From Galbitalea sp. (lineage in GTDB: Bacteria; Actinomycetota; Actinomycetes; Actinomycetales; Microbacteriaceae): a stretch of DNA of 64,000 nucleotides. The position numbers and the translations under genes are program-made. Positions 59,003 to 64,000 of this stretch are shown here, in pieces. The stretch is from positions 16,450 to 80,449 of the forward strand of contig DASYEE010000143.1 in the NCBI GenBank assembly GCA_036499165.1, in the 5' to 3' direction. Within the stretch, counting starts at the first letter, position 1; each line of letters opens with the position of its first letter. Under the pieces are notes generated by a model that ran no database searches, was not told where the DNA came from, and was given only the letters and a program-made list of their open reading frames with translations.

Positions 59003-59419
59003 ATGAGCAATCTATCAACCAACCACACTCCCATCGAGCTGGCTTCACTGCTCGCGGAGGTGGCCAACTACCTCGCGGGAGACGCGCCTGCTCCGCATTC
59101 CGAATCGGTCACTGCAGCGGCCTTCTTGTTGCTTTCACTTAGCGACGATGCGGCCGGCGCGGCGAAGCTCGTTCCCGCGGCCAATTTGGACACCGACGGT
59201 TCTTTGAGCGGGTGGTCGCAGGTCGAGATGCCAGCGCATGGGGACTACTCCATCTGGCTCGACAACGACAACGACAACGCCACCTGGCAGATGATCGTGG
59301 ATGGCCCGCACCGCCCCCTGATGACGGTCGACGAATCGCGCGCCTTCGTCATCGATGTCGCCCGTGCAGTGAATCTCACCGAATATCTCACGGTCAAGGG
59401 TGCGTCCACGACACGATGA
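59003..59419 (+). CDS. Hypothetical protein
   Basis: RBS GAAGGAG; 138 aa. Confidence 0.7.
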   Translation: MSNLSTNHTPIELASLLAEVANYLAGDAPAPHSESVTAAAFLLLSLSDDAAGAAKLVPAANLDTDGSLSGWSQVEMPAHGDYSIWLDNDNDNATWQMIVDGPHRPLMTVDESRAFVIDVARAVNLTEYLTVKGASTTR

Positions 59420-59964
59420 AGCGTTGGAGCTCGGTGATCCTAATCCGCATCTTCGACGTGCCGACGCCGAGCTCCACGGTCCAAGTTCACAACGAGGGAT
59501 CAGGCGATGAGCCCACCATCCGCATCCACTCGGGGCCAGCCGCTACCGTCCACTCTCGGGTTTGGGTCGGGCACAGACACATCTCACCGTCCCGCAAGCC
59601 CGGTGGTAGCCTCAGCCGGGCACCGGCGGGATCACGGGGCTTTCCCTCTGCGTCGTTGCTCAGAATGGCTTGCTGAGCCGCCGCGATAGTTGTGTGAAGC
59701 CTGAGCTCAACACCATCGATCGCCTCAGCCCGGTAGAGATCGCGCTTGTTCCTGCCGAGGTGACCCACCGCGGCAAGGTCTAGGAGAGCGAGAAGGACAT
59801 GGAGGGCGGGAAGGTCGCCCTCACGCTCGGCAACTAGTCGACGAAGTCCGATCCGGAAACGCCCGCTGCTTCCGCTTCGATGCGGCGGATGCGGCCGGCG
59901 ACGATGGCTTGTGCGGCGAGAGCGACGCATTTTCTTCGTATGTGCGCTGCGGGAAGTCATCCAT

Positions 59965-60085
59965 GGCGGCAATCTACGCCCTGTACGGTGACCGCTCGAG
60001 CGAGCGTCCGTGAAAGTGCTCCCACGCGGCCGCTCCGGCATTCGTTCGGTAATGAGTTGGTTCGGGCGGGCGTCGACCTCTCCGA
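59965..60085 (+). pseudogene. Tyrosine recombinase fragment
   Basis: LRHSFGNELVRAGVDL (60033-60080) matches box II H-x-LRH..(AT.L).GxDL; no intact ORF around it. Confidence 0.55.
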
Positions 60086-60285
60086 AGCCAACACTGGTAC
60101 AGCATTCTTTCTCTCAACCACCACCGTAAAAGCGGTCTGTGACGCTGACGGCGCGGGCATCACACTGGACTCCCTGAAGTAGGGTCTGGAGGTCGTGAGT
60201 CAATCCGGATAAGCGGCATTACGGAGCGGGCGATCTGCGCATCATTCGGACGGCGTTGGCCGTCGCTGCACCGTGTCCGCGCGGT

Positions 60286-60795
60286 CTAGCGGATGTCTTT
60301 GACGAGCGAGGCCAGAAACCAACGCGCGTTCACCGTTTCGTAGTTGCCCCATGAAACGGGGAAGCTCAAGGTGGCGTTGCCAGCGGACCAGGAGTGGAAA
60401 GGTTGCTGATGCGGTCGGGTGTCTACATTGTCAGAATATGCAACCGACGGGCTTATGAGATTGCCGATCCGGTAATACTCGTCCTCTTTCGCGAAGCCCA
60501 TCGAGCGCCGGAGTCCCCAAGGAAATGAGCGCGCCGTGGATGGGCCATCACTCGTATATAGGTCGCCGTCATAGAACACGAGCCCATAGTCCAGGAGCCA
60601 GCAGTCGACGCGGGTTTCATTTATGAGTCCCGCAACGGGCGCTCTGCCGGAGGCGACGAGGGCGGATCGGAGTTCATCAAGGTCGAGGCGAAACTGCTTC
60701 TCTGCCGCCGCTTTGGGCTCACCCAACTCCTGTATTCGGCGCTGCCGTTCTCCTTCGAAATCCTGCATCTCCTGGTCGAGGTCCCGCAGCGCCAT
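60286..60795 (-). CDS. Hypothetical protein (N-terminal coiled coil)
   Basis: RBS GAGGA; 169 aa. Confidence 0.65.
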   Translation of the reverse strand: MALRDLDQEMQDFEGERQRRIQELGEPKAAAEKQFRLDLDELRSALVASGRAPVAGLINETRVDCWLLDYGLVFYDGDLYTSDGPSTARSFPWGLRRSMGFAKEDEYYRIGNLISPSVAYSDNVDTRPHQQPFHSWSAGNATLSFPVSWGNYETVNARWFLASLVKDIR

Positions 60796-60890
60796 GCGTC
60801 ATCCTCTCGCGCTTGCAAGCGGAAATGCAACCCACGAGCTGCGGCGCTCGGTCAGGGCGCGGCACAGCTTCTTGGGGCGTCCCTGCGAGG

Positions 60891-61205
60891 TTAGGGCTTG
60901 CGACCGAACGTGCGCGAGTCGATGTATCGCTGTACCTCGGGTGCCGCAATGCGTTGCTTCCCCGTGGTGCCCCCGAGTTCCACCACGGTGAGCTCACCCC
61001 GGTTGATGCGTTCGTACACCCATGCTTTCGACACCTCAAACAGCTTCGCGACGTTCGCGACTGAGTAGAGGCGTCTGTCATCGACGATCCGCACCTCACG
61101 TTGGATATGCACTGTCGTAGTTTCAAGGATGGTCTCGATCTGTGCGCGGACGATCTCGAGTATTGCGTCTTCCAGTTTTGTCATGGCAATACTCTGCCCT
61201 CCCAC
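60891..61205 (-). CDS. Excisionase-like HTH DNA-binding protein (start may be ATG 61184)
   Basis: LYSVANVAKLFEVSKAWVYERINRGEL..KQRIAAPEVQRYI. Confidence 0.8.
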   Translation of the reverse strand: MGGQSIAMTKLEDAILEIVRAQIETILETTTVHIQREVRIVDDRRLYSVANVAKLFEVSKAWVYERINRGELTVVELGGTTGKQRIAAPEVQRYIDSRTFGRKP

Positions 61206-61301
61206 ATAATTGCGGAGGCGTCTCGTGCTCGGTCGCGCGACTGTAGGGGCGTGTGATGAGCGACTAGTCGATCGGATTGAGGGTACGGTGAGTTCACTCG
61301 A

Positions 61302-61820
61302 ATGGGAGGCGACCGGATGCTCTACCTTGTGATGCCGACGCGTCAGATGTATTGGACTGATCTCTTAGGTCAGGATGTGTTGGATTATGCGGCTCTGTAC
61401 GGGAAGGACCTGGGAGAGGTCGACTGGTGGAAGCCTGCGGAGCGGTCTGCCAACGATGACGATGTAAGGGTGGCGCTGCGCTATGGAATCGCCAGCACGG
61501 CTGGGATTGTGGTTGATGCCGGGCATATGGCAGTCGTGCATCGTCCCGACAGCATGCGGCAGACGTTCCGAGAGACCGCGGCCATTCGAGCGAAGGCGGC
61601 ACCGCAGACGGAAGCGGTGGAGCGGTTCATCGACGATCACATCTCGCCCGGTTGGTATGAATCCGCGCGGGCTCTAGACATTCGCGTCGAACAAAGCTTG
61701 ACGCGTTCGTTGGCGGAAGCTGAGAAAGACGCACGTGAGGAGATTTCCGGGTCCGCCCCAGTTGATGCGCTGGTGGATCACTGGAAGGCGCTCCGCGGCA
61801 GCATCCCGGAGCCCATCTAG
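61302..61820 (+). CDS. Hypothetical protein
   Basis: GGGAGG RBS before ATG 61317; globular-looking sequence. Confidence 0.6.
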   Translation: MGGDRMLYLVMPTRQMYWTDLLGQDVLDYAALYGKDLGEVDWWKPAERSANDDDVRVALRYGIASTAGIVVDAGHMAVVHRPDSMRQTFRETAAIRAKAAPQTEAVERFIDDHISPGWYESARALDIRVEQSLTRSLAEAEKDAREEISGSAPVDALVDHWKALRGSIPEPI

Positions 61821-62021
61821 ACAACTGCGTGTCGAGCGCAGAATTCGTGAGTACGGCATCCAACTTCCGGTTCCCGTGCGCAAAAGACCTTGCTCGGCCT
61901 GTGTACGATTCGCAAGCTGTTGTGCTAATGTAGGCCGCTCAGTTCGCTGTCGAGCGTCGTTCGTTACGTAGAGATCTGGACATGGTCACGTTCCTAGCAG
62001 GCATCGTAGCGTCGCCCCGCT

Positions 62022-62073
62022 TGTGTATAAGTTGTGCATAACATAGCTAAATCTGTGGATAGCATGTGCACAA
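62022..62073. promoter_or_regulatory. Four co-oriented, phased DnaA-box-like 9-mers
   Basis: TGTGTATAA 62022, TGTGCATAA 62033, TGTGGATAG 62054, TGTGCACAA 62065; each within one mismatch of TGTGGA(T/C)AA. Confidence 0.7.
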
Positions 62074-62104
62074 ATTAGTGGCTAATAGCCGTATTATGGA
62101 GATT

Positions 62105-62165
62105 ACGACGAGCCGGTTACCGGAGCGTTGTCCGCCTAAAACCCCGCCGCGCGGGGTTTTAGTGC
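62105..62165 (+). ncRNA. Candidate ~60-nt structured RNA convergent with the DUF3800 gene
   Basis: -10 TATTAT 62092-62097; ACGACG-AG-CCGG-TTA-CCGG-AG-CGTTGT hairpin; CTAAAACCCCGC-CGC-GCGGGGTTTTAG terminator. Confidence 0.55.
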
Positions 62166-62867
62166 TTAAGGGTCCCAGCGCCGGACATGTCCCCAAATGG
62201 GTCGTAGCATCTCCCACATCTGGGCAACAGCCTTCGCCGTGCGCCGATCCGTCTCAGTGTGAGCGTCGTAACGTCGGTACAAATAGACCACGAGATCGGC
62301 CGCCTGAAGGCCGGGAGAATCTGCTGAAGATCCAAAAGTGATCGGCATCTGGATGGTCGCCAGTTTGCTGGAACGGTAACCGCCCGTCCCAACGATCTGA
62401 TAGTTCTCTGCTCGACGTGAGTGGTCCGCCTGATCTGGCAATTCATCAGCAATCACCATCACCTCTTCGTTGACCTTGACCGCATATCTGTCTACAGCTT
62501 CGAGTAGATATTTGAGAGTGACCCTGTGCGGGGGTTCGGGATAGCTGTAACGAGCATTGAGTCGTACGACATCCACGCCGCTGATGAACATCTTTGCCGT
62601 GGGTATGCCAACAAGTTCCTGCAGGGCTCGTTTGTAAATTGCGATGGCGGCCGAGGGCACACGCCGAATGGCCTTCCACCCGCCATCGCCGGCCATCATG
62701 TCGTGGGCATGTAGTTCGGATCCGGGAACCACACCAAACCCCTCCGCGTATACGCCCGCCGACTTGACAGCCGCTGCCAACGGCGTCAACTGGTCCTCGT
62801 GCACCACAAAGGCGCACACGTAGTAGCGGTCCTGGGTGTATGACTCGTCGATAAACGCAAAGAGCAC
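62166..62867 (-). CDS. DUF3800 domain protein (RNase H-like fold)
   Basis: N-terminal FIDES, ELHA, IADE, S..SPGLQAADL motifs; CATGAT -10 six nt before GTG. Confidence 0.85.
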   Translation of the reverse strand: MLFAFIDESYTQDRYYVCAFVVHEDQLTPLAAAVKSAGVYAEGFGVVPGSELHAHDMMAGDGGWKAIRRVPSAAIAIYKRALQELVGIPTAKMFISGVDVVRLNARYSYPEPPHRVTLKYLLEAVDRYAVKVNEEVMVIADELPDQADHSRRAENYQIVGTGGYRSSKLATIQMPITFGSSADSPGLQAADLVVYLYRRYDAHTETDRRTAKAVAQMWEMLRPIWGHVRRWDP

Positions 62868-63568
62868 TTGTCAATCATGGGGGTGAGGCCCTTGGCGAAT
62901 CGGCGACACTCTCAATCTCGGTTCATCGGACCTGGCTGCCGGAGTGACGGGATCGACCGTTCTAGACAATCCTCGAGTTTCCAAGGGACGGGGAGCTCGG
63001 TCGGGACGCTTGGTTGAGTCGTCATACGGGTGGCTATTCAGGCTGGGCTTGTGCGCACGGTCACCGGTTTTGCCAATCGACGACATAACGTCTCAGCCCC
63101 GGCGCCCGCCTATCCGATGAATTGAACGGTGAGGATAGCGCCGTCGTCGCGCGATCCGGTGGTGAAAGCACTATCGCTGGATATTCGCTTGAAAGACCCG
63201 TGTGTATCTCGGCAATTATGGGGTGGTTGGGCAAACAAGTTCCCGTCGCGGCGACCGTTGACCGCACTGGGCGCAGCTAGCGACTGAGTCCTTCGATCCT
63301 GTGGAATGGGCGTCCCGCGGCTGCAGCACCGATCACGCCCCCGAGCGAGAGTTCCTTCGTGACGCCCGGATTCTGAATCGATCCGAGAGCGGATCAGGCA
63401 ATGCCTCCGAGTGGGCCTGTCGGCCTGCTGGTGACGGCAGCCGCAGCGGTTCTCGCTGTGATCGTCTTGTTGTAGGCCGAGTAGGCGGTGCACGGGAGGG
63501 CTAAGTGCGCCGTAGACAAGGGCGACCATCGGCGGTTAACTGAGTGACCCTGAAGATCTGGAGAGGTC

Positions 63569-64000
63569 ATGAAGCTGAAAGAGATCATCACCGGCGGCGC
63601 AGCCATCGCCATCGCGGGCGCTGCGTTTATCGGTATCGAGATCGCCTTGGCATCGCAGGGGCCCACGGTAGTTGTCCCTGCCACCGACACAACGACCTCG
63701 CAGACCGTAACTGGCACGACGTCGAGTCCCGCGCCAACCGAGGCGACCGTTCCCGCCGCAGTGACCACATCCACGCCGGTACCGACGACCGCGCCGGTAG
63801 TCTCAGACCCGCAGTCATTGCCAAGCCACTCAGACAGTTACAGTGCACCCGTCCCAGACTCGTCTCCGACACCCTTCGTTTTGACAGTTCCGTCGCCGGC
63901 ACCGCCGCTTGCGACTGGTATCCCGTCCGGTGGCGCGCCCACAAACGTGCCGGGGACCAGTCAGCCGGACCCACGATCGTGCGCATCGCTAACACTGAGG
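63569..64000 (+). CDS. Membrane-anchored or secreted Pro/Thr/Ser-rich protein (runs off the window; not in the ORF track)
   Basis: RBS GGAGAGG; MKLKEIITGGAAIAIAGAAFIGIEIALA followed by a P/T/S-rich linker. Confidence 0.7.
   Translation, partial: MKLKEIITGGAAIAIAGAAFIGIEIALASQGPTVVVPATDTTTSQTVTGTTSSPAPTEATVPAAVTTSTPVPTTAPVVSDPQSLPSHSDSYSAPVPDSSPTPFVLTVPSPAPPLATGIPSGGAPTNVPGTSQPDPRSCASLTLR

Larger units (their letters stand above)
58292..64000. mobile_element. Genomic island or degenerate prophage adjacent to tRNA-Tyr (extends beyond the window)
   Basis: Visible drop in GC and codon bias, orphan ORFs, excisionase-like HTH, tyrosine-recombinase fragment, DUF3800. Confidence 0.75.

Noticed and set aside
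62022-62073. Chromosomal oriC
   Set aside because: Only four boxes, inside an island, with no dnaA, dnaN or rpmH context
62868-63560. ORFs between DUF3800 and the terminal gene
   Set aside because: No convincing RBS, codon bias or motif; probably non-coding or decayed sequence

Overview
High-GC actinobacterial chromosome segment. Gene order and repeat families suggest Microbacteriaceae (inference). From left to right it contains: (i) an amine/sugar catabolic cluster (copper amine oxidase, sugar-phosphate isomerase/epimerase, Gfo/Idh/MocA oxidoreductase, SIS protein, aldehyde dehydrogenase, APC permease); (ii) pseudouridine catabolism genes, a photolyase, channels and regulators; (iii) the conserved actinobacterial core block upp-tadA-proC ... 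bS22 ... aspS, cytochrome c maturation (ResA-like/ccdA/resB/ccsA) and menaquinone genes (menC,B,E,A,D,F,G, polyprenyl synthase); (iv) MMPL, cls, yajQ and tRNA-Tyr(GTA); (v) from about 58292, a compositionally distinct tRNA-anchored island that runs off the window end. The best candidate for an undescribed system is in the island: a DUF3800 (RNase H-like) gene faces a convergent ~60-nt structured RNA whose promoter is preceded by four helically phased DnaA-box-like sites. Other unannotated elements are an independent ~105-nt sRNA with a near-consensus sigma-A promoter (14320-14462), a leaderless Met/Cys-rich uORF (..MCCRMCA) upstream of an OmpR-type wHTH regulator, a probable non-canonical menD start, and REP elements that supply the stop codons of four genes. 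All calls come from manual reading; no searches were run.
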